A stretch of 64,000 bases of DNA, taken from IMG/VR virus record IMGVR_UViG_641201006_000001, positions 96,001-160,000 of that record, one strand, 5' to 3'. Numbering within the stretch: the first letter of the stretch is position 1; the number at the start of each line of letters is the position of its first letter. The notes beneath the pieces were generated by a model that did not search any database, was not told where the DNA came from, and saw nothing but the letters and a program-made list of their open reading frames with translations. The position numbers were made by a program, and so were the translations under genes. The DNA comes from a virus (taxonomy: Duplodnaviria; Caudoviricetes). Shown piece after piece: positions 20,535-29,323 of the stretch.

Positions 20535-20942
20535 ATGATATATGTCGGTCAGAGTTTAGTTGCTTTAGACCATAAGTCATGCCGCCTCAAATGGGCGGCC
20601 GTGACCGATAAAGAAATAGACGGTTACTATGTATACATGAGCGAAGACAACGAAAAGAACTACAAAAGAATGGTCGATAAGCCACTTACTGCTCTCGAAT
20701 GGGTGAGTCCTCCTCTACGTTCAGATCGTCGTTACTTCTTCTACATTACAGCCGTAGACCGGTCAGACAATGAGTCACGACCAAGTGCAACCGTACTATT
20801 TTCAAACGAAAGTGAAGTGAATAAGAGTTTAATTCCTGTACCTGCTCCCGTGAACAGGCTCCTTAACGGACAGGAGAAGGTAACAGATAATCTACCTGCT
20901 CAAGACTTCATGCTTTCGTTTCAGTTAGGAGGAAACTCATGA
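20535..20942 (+). CDS. Fibronectin type III domain protein
   Basis: LKW...GYYVY...YFFYITAVDRSDNES. Confidence 0.75.
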   Translation: MIYVGQSLVALDHKSCRLKWAAVTDKEIDGYYVYMSEDNEKNYKRMVDKPLTALEWVSPPLRSDRRYFFYITAVDRSDNESRPSATVLFSNESEVNKSLIPVPAPVNRLLNGQEKVTDNLPAQDFMLSFQLGGNS

Positions 20943-22399
20943 ACTACAAGTTTATTATTGGCGGAGATGCCAAACATTATGTAGAGTTTTTCTTAAATCA
21001 AAACGACTACACGATTACAGGGCGTTACGCAAAGGCTGGCGTCATTGAGATGGAACACAAAGTAGTTGTCGATGATGTATTATCTGTAGAGCCTACCATC
21101 AACCCACGCTTTGAAGTGTCCAAGAAAGGACGCATATGGGACTTCCATGTAAGTAAACATGATGTGTATGGTAAAGAGTACCGCCGAAGCGTAGCCGTGT
21201 TTACAGCAGAAGATGTAAGTGCTGATAAGGTAGAACTATACAACGATACACAAACCGTGATGACATTAAAAGATTATTCCGTTCATCCACTCGATGTGTA
21301 TAATAGTCAGCTTTCCATCGGTAACTTTGAGTTCCGTACTGTCGATGGCATTACAGGTCAGTCCTCAACGCAGGACGGGAAACCAAAGCTAGGCACAGAC
21401 AGTTTACTCATGGGATTCGGCGGTGACATTCAGATTGATCTATTCGGCGAAGGCGTACTTGATGAAACAAAGATTCCATTTGTGATGATATTAAAAGTGG
21501 ATTCATTAGCGAAGAATGATAGTAGTGGGCAACACCAGTTAGGATTCCAACTAGGTGATAATATGTTTAAAATTGATACGACAAAAGGTATCATCTTGTC
21601 TCGTCCTGATACGGCAGACAAAACATTGTTCACAAAAGATAAGATTCCGACTGACCCGTTTACACTACGTCTATTCGTAAGCAAGACAGAGGCGAAACTA
21701 TTCTTGAATCACACATCTGTATCTATTCCGGATTATAACCGCAGTACACGAGTGGACTTCTTGAAGTTATATAGCTTCTGTAACAATGGTTCGTATTCGA
21801 TTATCGACCTTGTGCAGTTCCATGCACTGACGAACTTTAGACAAGATACAGTTCCTCCAAAAGCCGTTCGAGGTTTAGTAGCTACCGCAGGTAATAAGAA
21901 AGTATCCTTACAGTGGTTACCAAATACGGAGAACGACTTCAAAGGCTATCGTGTTTATGTCAACGGCAAGCAACATAACATCTCGCCGATCGCACTGAAT
22001 ATGTATGATGTGAATGCATTAGAAGATGGTAAGCCGGTACGTATCTCTGTAACCGCAGAAGACTTAGCTGGTAATGAAAGTGTAACGTCATCTGTTATCA
22101 CTATCGCACCGATCTTAGATGTGGCAAAAGAGGTTTCCAACTTCTCTGCACAGGTGACAGAAATCGGTGTACACTTCGATTGGGTTCCGCCAGTCTATAC
22201 AGATATGCAAGGTATTAAAGTATACCGCTTAAATCCAATTGATGGTACACGTATTGAATTAAAGAAACTTCCAACTGATGCGAAGACGTATTCTGATGAA
22301 CCAAAGCCGAAGCCGGGGATGTACACGTATATCGTTACAACCTACGACAAAGCAGGTACAGAGACATACGGTGTGCAAAAGACAATGGAAGTCTTATAA
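20939..22399 (+). CDS. Virion protein with two C-terminal FN3 domains
   Basis: DTVPP...VSLQW...GYRVY...VTAEDLAGNES; second domain W...VYR...YTYIVTTYDKAG. Confidence 0.75.
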   Translation: MNYKFIIGGDAKHYVEFFLNQNDYTITGRYAKAGVIEMEHKVVVDDVLSVEPTINPRFEVSKKGRIWDFHVSKHDVYGKEYRRSVAVFTAEDVSADKVELYNDTQTVMTLKDYSVHPLDVYNSQLSIGNFEFRTVDGITGQSSTQDGKPKLGTDSLLMGFGGDIQIDLFGEGVLDETKIPFVMILKVDSLAKNDSSGQHQLGFQLGDNMFKIDTTKGIILSRPDTADKTLFTKDKIPTDPFTLRLFVSKTEAKLFLNHTSVSIPDYNRSTRVDFLKLYSFCNNGSYSIIDLVQFHALTNFRQDTVPPKAVRGLVATAGNKKVSLQWLPNTENDFKGYRVYVNGKQHNISPIALNMYDVNALEDGKPVRISVTAEDLAGNESVTSSVITIAPILDVAKEVSNFSAQVTEIGVHFDWVPPVYTDMQGIKVYRLNPIDGTRIELKKLPTDAKTYSDEPKPKPGMYTYIVTTYDKAGTETYGVQKTMEVL

Positions 22400-22407
22400 A
22401 AAGGAGC

Positions 22408-22437
22408 AGGGGCGCACTGGGATATGCGCCCCTTTTT
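22408..22437 (+). terminator. Rho-independent terminator ending the + arm
   Basis: AGGGGCGCA-N8-TGCGCCCCT-TTTT. Confidence 0.8.
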
Positions 22438-22520
22438 CAAACTTGTTAGAGAGAAAACCAAGTGACACTCACAAGCAGCAAGCTAGGAGTTAATGATAGT
22501 ATAAACACAAAGTAAATTCT

Positions 22521-23372
22521 TTATGCTTGTAGATTAATAATTTTATCTCGGAATTGCCCCACAGGTAGAAAATTGGATTTGCACTCGACTTCTTCCGCAT
22601 GTTTACTGAATACCTCCATCCGTCTATTTACCTTTCGCTCGTTACCTGAAAATAAATATAGTACAGTAGGAAATTTCCTTCGGTAGAATTGCGACCATTC
22701 CTCATTGATCCATTGACCACTAAGCTCCCAATCTCGGTAACGTTCCAGTTTCTTAATTTCATCACTCTCTTTCTTCTCACACGTATCCACCTCAATGAAG
22801 TACCGGTATCCGTAGTTCCCTTTACGGAAGGCAAGAATAATATCCGGTTCAATGTTATAAGTTTTCGGCTTGTGTGTATAACAAGGCATGATGTAGTCAA
22901 TACTGATAGTGCCGTCTAGTTCGAGCAACCTCGCTGACGTGTACACATCAAGTATGTTTGAATGATGACGGTATTCGATAGACAATTGCTTGGGAGGTCT
23001 TCCTCCCTTATCTAACAATCTGTACCCGGCTCGGTCAAGCCAAATGTATTGCGGTGCTGTACCCTCCCCTAACGGAAGTCTAGGGGAGTATTTATTTACA
23101 AAATGGTAATCATATAACTTACGAATGCGGTCACGACATATTTGTCGTCCCTTCAATAATGTATAAAATGGTGCAAGTTCTCTCCCGCTCCTGAGAGACG
23201 TCGGTGGTGTAAGCCAAAATAGATGCTCTGTTTTTACAACAGGAAACTGCGCCATGATTCGAAGCATCTCCACATCACGGGGTGTCAGGATAAACCGATG
23301 CTGGTCTACCCAGTCGTCTGTTATCACTGACACTTCTTCTCGTTCTGAGCGACCTCTACGTATCTTCCCCAA
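22521..23372 (-). CDS. Replication-relaxation family (Replic_Relax) relaxase
   Basis: wHTH start LTPRDVEML, RHH...D, EPD...YFIEVD motifs; overlaps the ATPase stop. Confidence 0.75.
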   Translation of the reverse strand: MGKIRRGRSEREEVSVITDDWVDQHRFILTPRDVEMLRIMAQFPVVKTEHLFWLTPPTSLRSGRELAPFYTLLKGRQICRDRIRKLYDYHFVNKYSPRLPLGEGTAPQYIWLDRAGYRLLDKGGRPPKQLSIEYRHHSNILDVYTSARLLELDGTISIDYIMPCYTHKPKTYNIEPDIILAFRKGNYGYRYFIEVDTCEKKESDEIKKLERYRDWELSGQWINEEWSQFYRRKFPTVLYLFSGNERKVNRRMEVFSKHAEEVECKSNFLPVGQFRDKIINLQA

Positions 23373-25764
23373 GTCTCACACCCTCCTCGTCATCTATATC
23401 GTCATATGATGCTAGTAGTTCTTTGTATTGTTTGATATTCATCTTGAGATTCCGTGCGTTATTGTGAAGCCTTACTTCATCATAGCTTCGTGGAGCAAAA
23501 TGCATTCGCCACTTCTCCTCTAATTCCTTGTCACGACCAAACTCTTCCGGAACATCTAGACCATGAAAGATAAATGGAGGCAGTGCGCTCTTACCAACAT
23601 ATGTTTTAAAGTACCAGTGGTATTCCAGTTGTTCTAATTGCTTTAGTTCTTCGACGCTGATGCTAAGTTCTTGCGCCATAATCTTTAGGTTCTTTAAGTC
23701 GAGTCCACCACCAACTAATATATGAGGATTCATCCCGATGATTTGTTGCCATAACGCTTCGTTCTTTGATGACACTTGCGATGGATTCTGTATGAGGAAG
23801 TTGTCGCTCACGCCGTATTTCCGTGACTTCGATATAGATAGTTCAAAGATAGGTGTCGCATCCATATAGGTCTGCGGTTCGTCGTACATCTTATGATGAA
23901 TCGGCGGTAGCTTTCCTTGTTGCAGTAATCCTTCTCGCATAAGTGTCGCTGTCCAGTAACCATAGTTTAGGAAGCTCATCATCATGCGCTGCTCATTCTC
24001 AAGGAAGACACCGTTCGATAAATTGTACAGTACCCACTTGCCTTGATTCATCCAGTTGAAGATGTCGAGCTTACCTCCTGTTCCGCAGAAGATCGGGCCG
24101 AGTCGTTTGTTATATTGCAAATTATCTAATCTGTATAAAATAGGTTGCAGGATTTCAGTTACCTGACTATCACTCTTTACAATCTTCGGAAACTCTGTTT
24201 TCCACCAAAGGAATAATTCCGGATTACTCTTTCGTATCGTAGGCAAGAACTTACGACGGTACTCTTCATCTCGCATAAGAAGAATCAGTTCTAAGAAAGT
24301 CGCATCCGGATTACTAAAGACAGTCATCGCTGCTTTCCGTAAGAAACTATTCATCCGGTGATTGTGTGCTGTTTTAAAATACACCTCAAAGAACTCTGCA
24401 AACATCGCCCCTATTGTATCGCTATCTCTACCCAACGAGGAGAAGTTAAAGATATGGGGATATTTTTCGTCTGCGAAATTAACAAGTACAAGTTTTCCAC
24501 GCTCCTCTTCCGGTGTAGATTCGATAGCTTCGAGATAAAGTCTGCCGTCAGCAACATCGAATATTGACCCTCCGTGACCAGCTTCCATTGCTCCGTTTTT
24601 GAAGATTTTAACCGCTGTAGATTTACCACTTCCGGGAGGTGCAATCCAGAGTCGGGCTTTGCTCGCAGTGTCACGGTTAGCGACACTAAATCCCACCAAT
24701 GATCCCTCGGTAGCATACTCAATGCTATGTCCAATTGGGATAATATCTCGTGTAAGTCTTTCATCGACAGTCGTTTCATCCGGCTTCATCCTCTCTAACT
24801 TTCGTGTTGTAATCTCTTTAGTTGGAAGGCGAAGTAATACTTGTAGTTCATCATCACATAATAAACTTGCTGTCGTTAGCACCGGCATCTTACGTGTACG
24901 CATTGCCTCTAGTGTAGACTTCTTTCTAATAACAGGAGACATTTGCCAGCTATTATAATAGCCCGTACTTTTAAAACAAGATGCGATGGATTCAATGATG
25001 TCATTTCGGCGCTCATACGTATTCGCATAGACAGCTACTCTCACAACAACATGATATCCAGTCTGACGTACCTTCTGATTGAACTCTTTAATTTCACGAT
25101 GACGTTTTAGTTTCAAGGAAGGTTCTTCTTTTCCGAAGGACGATACAAGATGTGTGATTTGTTTATCGAGTTTGCGTCCGCCACTTTTGAGAAAGGAACC
25201 TCCGCTATCGGCATCACCTCCATTAATATAGAGTTCGTAGGCACGTTCTATCTCGTCTTGCCATCCATCCTCTACCGGATCAATCAGCAGTTGTACAAAA
25301 ACTTTTTCATCCTTTTGTAATTCTTCGGTAACGTACAAGATGTCTTTGCATAACATAGAAGTGTCCATCCTGTTAGGGAAGAAAGGTGCTTTGGTTGTGT
25401 GAAGGTAAGAGATGAGCGTGTTTTGACAGTCTGATACGAACGGCCAAGATGAGTGGATGTATTCCTTCACCCCGCTTCCTTTATAGACAGATTGAATCTT
25501 CTCTTTCAGCATGGTACGGTTCCCTACTGGGACGGTATACATGTAGAAACTTTCGTTGCTATCTGCGTACAGTTCTTGTGCAATGATGGGTTGACCGTCC
25601 CTTAGGGATTTAAACATTTGATTGTTACGTATACTTGAGAAGGACTTCATGAGTGCATGTAAGTCCTCATTTGTGTTGTCTGTAGCAGGTGCAACCTTAT
25701 ACGATACATAGTCATGTGTTTTAAATAGACCAGGAGTGAATTTACTTTTGATTGAGTTTTTCAT
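23356..25764 (-). CDS. VirD4/TraD (HerA/FtsK superfamily) coupling-protein-like ATPase
   Basis: Walker A APPGSGKST, Walker B MYDEPQ, SRKYG, ILYRL motif; 802 aa. Confidence 0.8.
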   Translation of the reverse strand: MKNSIKSKFTPGLFKTHDYVSYKVAPATDNTNEDLHALMKSFSSIRNNQMFKSLRDGQPIIAQELYADSNESFYMYTVPVGNRTMLKEKIQSVYKGSGVKEYIHSSWPFVSDCQNTLISYLHTTKAPFFPNRMDTSMLCKDILYVTEELQKDEKVFVQLLIDPVEDGWQDEIERAYELYINGGDADSGGSFLKSGGRKLDKQITHLVSSFGKEEPSLKLKRHREIKEFNQKVRQTGYHVVVRVAVYANTYERRNDIIESIASCFKSTGYYNSWQMSPVIRKKSTLEAMRTRKMPVLTTASLLCDDELQVLLRLPTKEITTRKLERMKPDETTVDERLTRDIIPIGHSIEYATEGSLVGFSVANRDTASKARLWIAPPGSGKSTAVKIFKNGAMEAGHGGSIFDVADGRLYLEAIESTPEEERGKLVLVNFADEKYPHIFNFSSLGRDSDTIGAMFAEFFEVYFKTAHNHRMNSFLRKAAMTVFSNPDATFLELILLMRDEEYRRKFLPTIRKSNPELFLWWKTEFPKIVKSDSQVTEILQPILYRLDNLQYNKRLGPIFCGTGGKLDIFNWMNQGKWVLYNLSNGVFLENEQRMMMSFLNYGYWTATLMREGLLQQGKLPPIHHKMYDEPQTYMDATPIFELSISKSRKYGVSDNFLIQNPSQVSSKNEALWQQIIGMNPHILVGGGLDLKNLKIMAQELSISVEELKQLEQLEYHWYFKTYVGKSALPPFIFHGLDVPEEFGRDKELEEKWRMHFAPRSYDEVRLHNNARNLKMNIKQYKELLASYDDIDDEEGVRLGEDT

Positions 25765-25861
25765 TTGTTATCACCTTCAGTGTGCCGTAACCAATCATAA
25801 GTAGTACCATCGTATTTACGCCAAGCAGAATCGTCTGCATAAAGATAAGTGTCTGTAACAT
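25742..25861 (-). CDS. 39-aa single-TM peptide, not in the ORF track
   Basis: AGGAGG RBS; MLQTLIFMQTILLGVNTMVLLMIGYGTLKVITNEKLNQK; overlaps the ATPase start. Confidence 0.7.
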   Translation of the reverse strand: MLQTLIFMQTILLGVNTMVLLMIGYGTLKVITNEKLNQK

Positions 25862-25871
25862 TGTCATCCTC

Positions 25872-26776
25872 CTATCGTTTCAGTATGGCGAATCGTGCAA
25901 GCCTTCCGATTGTTTTGAGTGGTGCTAAACTGTTTGCGCCTGAGTCCATCATGCCGCGAACCCATCCCGGAGGATTCAGCATCATGTGTAGCCCGCCAAT
26001 CGCAAGCATAATCTTGATAATACCGTACTCCATACCTTGCCATGCGCTATGAGTGGGAAGCAGATTCGGACTATAAAGTATGATGGCAATCAGTCCAAGC
26101 ATAAAGCTATGAGCGACCTGCACAAAGAACTTATGAATGTTATCTTTCGTCCACATAGATAAGATACTTTCAAATGGTTTGAAGATATAGCTGACCATCA
26201 CAAACGGTGTGACCAGCATATTAAACATGAGTCCGAACCAACGATACGCATGATAGAGAAGTATTTTAAAGAGGTAGAATCCGAGTGCGAGTAAGAAGAA
26301 GAATGTAAGTACAGACATGAATATACTATTGCTAAGACCTGTTAGATGATTCACGAATACATCGTTACCTTCCATTGCTCCGCCTGTAATCAGACCCATA
26401 TACGATACGAGTTCATTCACGCCAATCGCCGTGTAATAAAAGATAAAGGGTACAATAGCAGATACAACAATCGCAATCGGAAAGCGTACAGCGATTTGAC
26501 TCATTGGTGTATAGCTGAGAGATAACGTGCGTTTAAGTCCTTCTATCATCGTAAGTACCGTAACGACTGCCATAGAGACTCCGCTCATCTTGAGGAGTAT
26601 ACCAATCATAGCAGGGTTCTTAAATAACTCGAAGGGAGTAAAGAGTACGTACTTTAACATATCGGTAAATATCCAGTTCACGAACTCGACTACGAACCCT
26701 CTTTCTCTTACGATAAGATCCGGTGCGCTCATACAACCCGATAAAAACATCGGTGCAATGAGTACCGCACGTTTCT
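25872..26776 (-). CDS. VirB6/TrbL-like polytopic membrane protein (start uncertain)
   Basis: About 7 TM segments; pattern YRWFGLMF...TPF...W...FFVQVAH; sits between pilin and ATPase. Confidence 0.65.
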
Positions 26777-27292
26777 TTAGTTTGTGTAGTTGGGGAATAA
26801 GGCTAGAAAACCTCTTACAATAGTAGCTATAACCCCTAACACTGCTGGTGCAGTAAGAACCATCGTCATGCCCGCAACGGCATCCTTGTAACGTTTCTTC
26901 GCTTCTTCTCTTAAACCAATCATACGGAAGAATCCTGCTACCATTGCCATGATGATTGCGACGCTGACACATACGCCTAAACAGATTATCTGTACCTTGA
27001 GCAGCACTTCGTCTACTTCCGGTGGTAGCTTTGCTTGATCTACTGTCTCTGCTGATGTTGGCATTGCTATCATGACATTCGTCCAAGTGGCAAGAACGGT
27101 TGTGTAGATGTATACGATAACCTTGTTTCGTTTTTTCGTACGTACCGCCTTGCCCTTTAGAAAATTTACAACATCCTTCGTGTCAGAATTGAGATTTTGT
27201 TTTGCATGGGTGAGAATATCTTCCTTGCATACAGAAACCATGTCATGCTCTACAGTTCCTTTTCGACCACGTATATTGAATGCAGGTGTCAC
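26777..27292 (-). CDS. VirB2/TrbC-like pilin
   Basis: AAGGACGTGA RBS plus GTG 27292. Signal-like segment ending PTSA-E, then two TMs joined by the EEAKKRYKDAVAG loop. Confidence 0.65.
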   Translation of the reverse strand: MTPAFNIRGRKGTVEHDMVSVCKEDILTHAKQNLNSDTKDVVNFLKGKAVRTKKRNKVIVYIYTTVLATWTNVMIAMPTSAETVDQAKLPPEVDEVLLKVQIICLGVCVSVAIIMAMVAGFFRMIGLREEAKKRYKDAVAGMTMVLTAPAVLGVIATIVRGFLALFPNYTN

Positions 27293-27327
27293 TTTCTTCA
27301 CGTCCTTCCTGTGGTTATCTACATCAT

Positions 27328-27357
27328 ACTGTATGACAATATTCCCTCGTCTTATGA
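27328..27357 (-). promoter_or_regulatory. SigE-like (mother-cell) promoter of the pilin operon
   Basis: TCATAAG-N15-CATACAGT, about 35 nt upstream of the pilin start. Confidence 0.65.
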
Positions 27358-27394
27358 CTGATAGTAGTTTAAAATAAATATAAGGAGGTGGAAA

Positions 27395-27913
27395 ATGATG
27401 GTTCAAAGTAATCGTGATGTAAGTAATCAAGGTGTATACAATAACAATGGATTATTAATTGGTGCAGGTCTTGCAGGTGCAGGAGGTTTAGCGTGGGCGT
27501 TACTTCGCCGTGGTAAAGGTGCAGGAAAGATGATGGGTCACGCTGATTCACAAACAGCATCGTCCGTTGTAGCTCCGGTAGAGCAGGGATTTCAACCACA
27601 AAACTTTCTAAAGAATGCTGTTGAATCTGAAAAGCTAAAAGAAACACGAATTGGTTTAAGTACCTACTTATCTAAAAATCCTGCTAATGTAGATGGTGAA
27701 GTATCACATGCACTAAAATACAGTCAGGATAAATTCGGTGCTAAACTATGGGATGAATATGATGGTAGACCATTAGAACAAGACAAGTCGAAATGGACAA
27801 AGGATTACTTAGGATACTTAAAAAGTGACCTACGCAATAACTTCGCCGAAGAACGATTTAATCACATTCTAGATGTGGGAAGACAAGTGAGAGGGAAGCC
27901 AACACAATTATAG
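27395..27913 (+). CDS. Divergent membrane-anchored hypothetical protein
   Basis: AAGGAGGTG RBS; Gly-rich TM LLIGAGLAGAGGLAWALL followed by RRGK. Confidence 0.7.
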   Translation: MMVQSNRDVSNQGVYNNNGLLIGAGLAGAGGLAWALLRRGKGAGKMMGHADSQTASSVVAPVEQGFQPQNFLKNAVESEKLKETRIGLSTYLSKNPANVDGEVSHALKYSQDKFGAKLWDEYDGRPLEQDKSKWTKDYLGYLKSDLRNNFAEERFNHILDVGRQVRGKPTQL

Positions 27914-27919
27914 CCGGAC

Positions 27920-28192
27920 TCAATCGAACCCGGCTAAGATGTTATCTATGACTACGCCTTCGGATGCACTTGTAACACCCGGCATTCGTATTTTAATTTG
28001 CTCTTTAGGTTTTGGTTTAAGAGGGGGAGTCGGTATCGTCTTTTGGTCAAGTCGCATCATCGCTTCGTACTTTAACCCATACCTGACCAATTGACGTAGC
28101 CTCTTTGATCTATCCTCTATATTTTCAAACGCATCTATAATATCCTTATCTCGTTTCGGGGAGAGTCTTGCTTGTAAATCAGCCATGTGCAA
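27920..28192 (-). CDS. ParR-like ribbon-helix-helix adaptor
   Basis: RLSPKRDKDIIDAFENIEDRSKRLRQLVR, Pro/Lys linker, C-terminal ILAGFD; overlaps the ParM stop. Confidence 0.6.
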   Translation of the reverse strand: MHMADLQARLSPKRDKDIIDAFENIEDRSKRLRQLVRYGLKYEAMMRLDQKTIPTPPLKPKPKEQIKIRMPGVTSASEGVVIDNILAGFD

Positions 28193-29171
28193 TCAGCCTT
28201 CCATACTTCGCAAAGCCTCGTGCATTACCGAACTCCGGATTATCATGCTTCAATATAATATCTCCGAACTGACTTTGGAAGAATGGTGTTAATCCAGTAG
28301 ACCCGCCACCAGTGAGTAAAATCTCATGAACATCATCCGGATTCACCCACACTGGAATCTCTCCGCTAATACTTCCAACATGCATATCAATTGCAGAAGT
28401 AATTAATTCACTGATGTCTGTTGCAATACCTTTAATGTATACCTTGCGCTCACGGTAGATTTCATCTATCTGTGTCAGGTTCTTACGAATACCATACTCT
28501 TTAGCTAATAAACGACGTAACTCTTTATGGAAGTTGTTTGTAGCGGTATACAGTGTTGTAGATTCACTACGACTAAACCGACCATTGTTCATAGTTACAA
28601 TCTCTGTCGTGCGGTAACCAATGTTTACAATTACCGTTTTCGGTTTAACACGTTCCGTAATGACCTGCCCACTTTCATCGAGAATGTAATCGTAGTAGTC
28701 TCCGGCTCCTTGCGGAACGACAACCACTTTCTGAATCGTGCTACGGCACTTGCGTCCTCGGAACGAATAGTCATAGTCCCTGACAAATTCAGTTTCAATC
28801 TTATCTTTAACAAGGAAGTATTCTTCCACCGGTACGCCTGTAACCATAAGGTCAATCTTGTTCTGTCCTGTCTCATACAATAGCCCCAGTCCTGTAAGTA
28901 ATTTTACTGTCTCGTCTATTGTATCCACTTTGTTAGCTAGGAATGTATACCGGTGATTGGTAGCAAATTCGGAAGCCTTATCTCCTACGTAATACGTTTC
29001 GTCATCATACGTAAGCCACAAGTCTTTCATTGTCTCTCCATGATCTGTAGCGTTCTGTATCTCAAGTGAGGTAGGGAAGCCAATAATATTCGGGAACTTG
29101 AACTCAATGTCATCCTCTAAGTTAATGCCTTTAAACTGTTTGAAACCAATGTCGCAACCAAATATATACAT
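28179..29171 (-). CDS. ParM/StbA-family actin-like ATPase
   Basis: GCDIGFKQFK, TGVPVEEY, VVPQG, NIGYRTT, LTGGGS, NARGF. Confidence 0.88.
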   Translation of the reverse strand: MYIFGCDIGFKQFKGINLEDDIEFKFPNIIGFPTSLEIQNATDHGETMKDLWLTYDDETYYVGDKASEFATNHRYTFLANKVDTIDETVKLLTGLGLLYETGQNKIDLMVTGVPVEEYFLVKDKIETEFVRDYDYSFRGRKCRSTIQKVVVVPQGAGDYYDYILDESGQVITERVKPKTVIVNIGYRTTEIVTMNNGRFSRSESTTLYTATNNFHKELRRLLAKEYGIRKNLTQIDEIYRERKVYIKGIATDISELITSAIDMHVGSISGEIPVWVNPDDVHEILLTGGGSTGLTPFFQSQFGDIILKHDNPEFGNARGFAKYGRLIAHG

Positions 29172-29192
29172 GGTAACACCCTCTCATGATTG

Positions 29193-29270
29193 TTGTACTA
29201 CATATCTATGGCATAGGAATTGTCCATTATAACCATTACGCAAAAATAACAGGAATATTATGTAGTACAA
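29193..29270. repeat. Perfect 12-bp inverted repeat in the parM-padR divergent region
   Basis: TTGTACTACATA (29193-29204) and TATGTAGTACAA (29259-29270). Confidence 0.75.
29203..29232 (-). promoter_or_regulatory. SigE-like promoter of the parMR operon
   Basis: TTATAAT-N15-CATAGATA, same spacing as the pilin promoter. Confidence 0.55.
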
Positions 29271-29323
29271 GTGGATAGACTAGCAGTAAGTGACATTCTC
29301 AAACATGACAGGAGGAAATAAAA

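Noticed and set aside
26777-27086. N-terminal ~100 aa of the 404-aa ORF (MDECHDSN...)
   Set aside because: Overlaps the pilin gene in another frame, has atypical composition and lacks an RBS.
27293-27430. N-terminal extension of the 217-aa pilin ORF
   Set aside because: Overlaps the divergent gene and the promoter; the RBS supports GTG at 27292.
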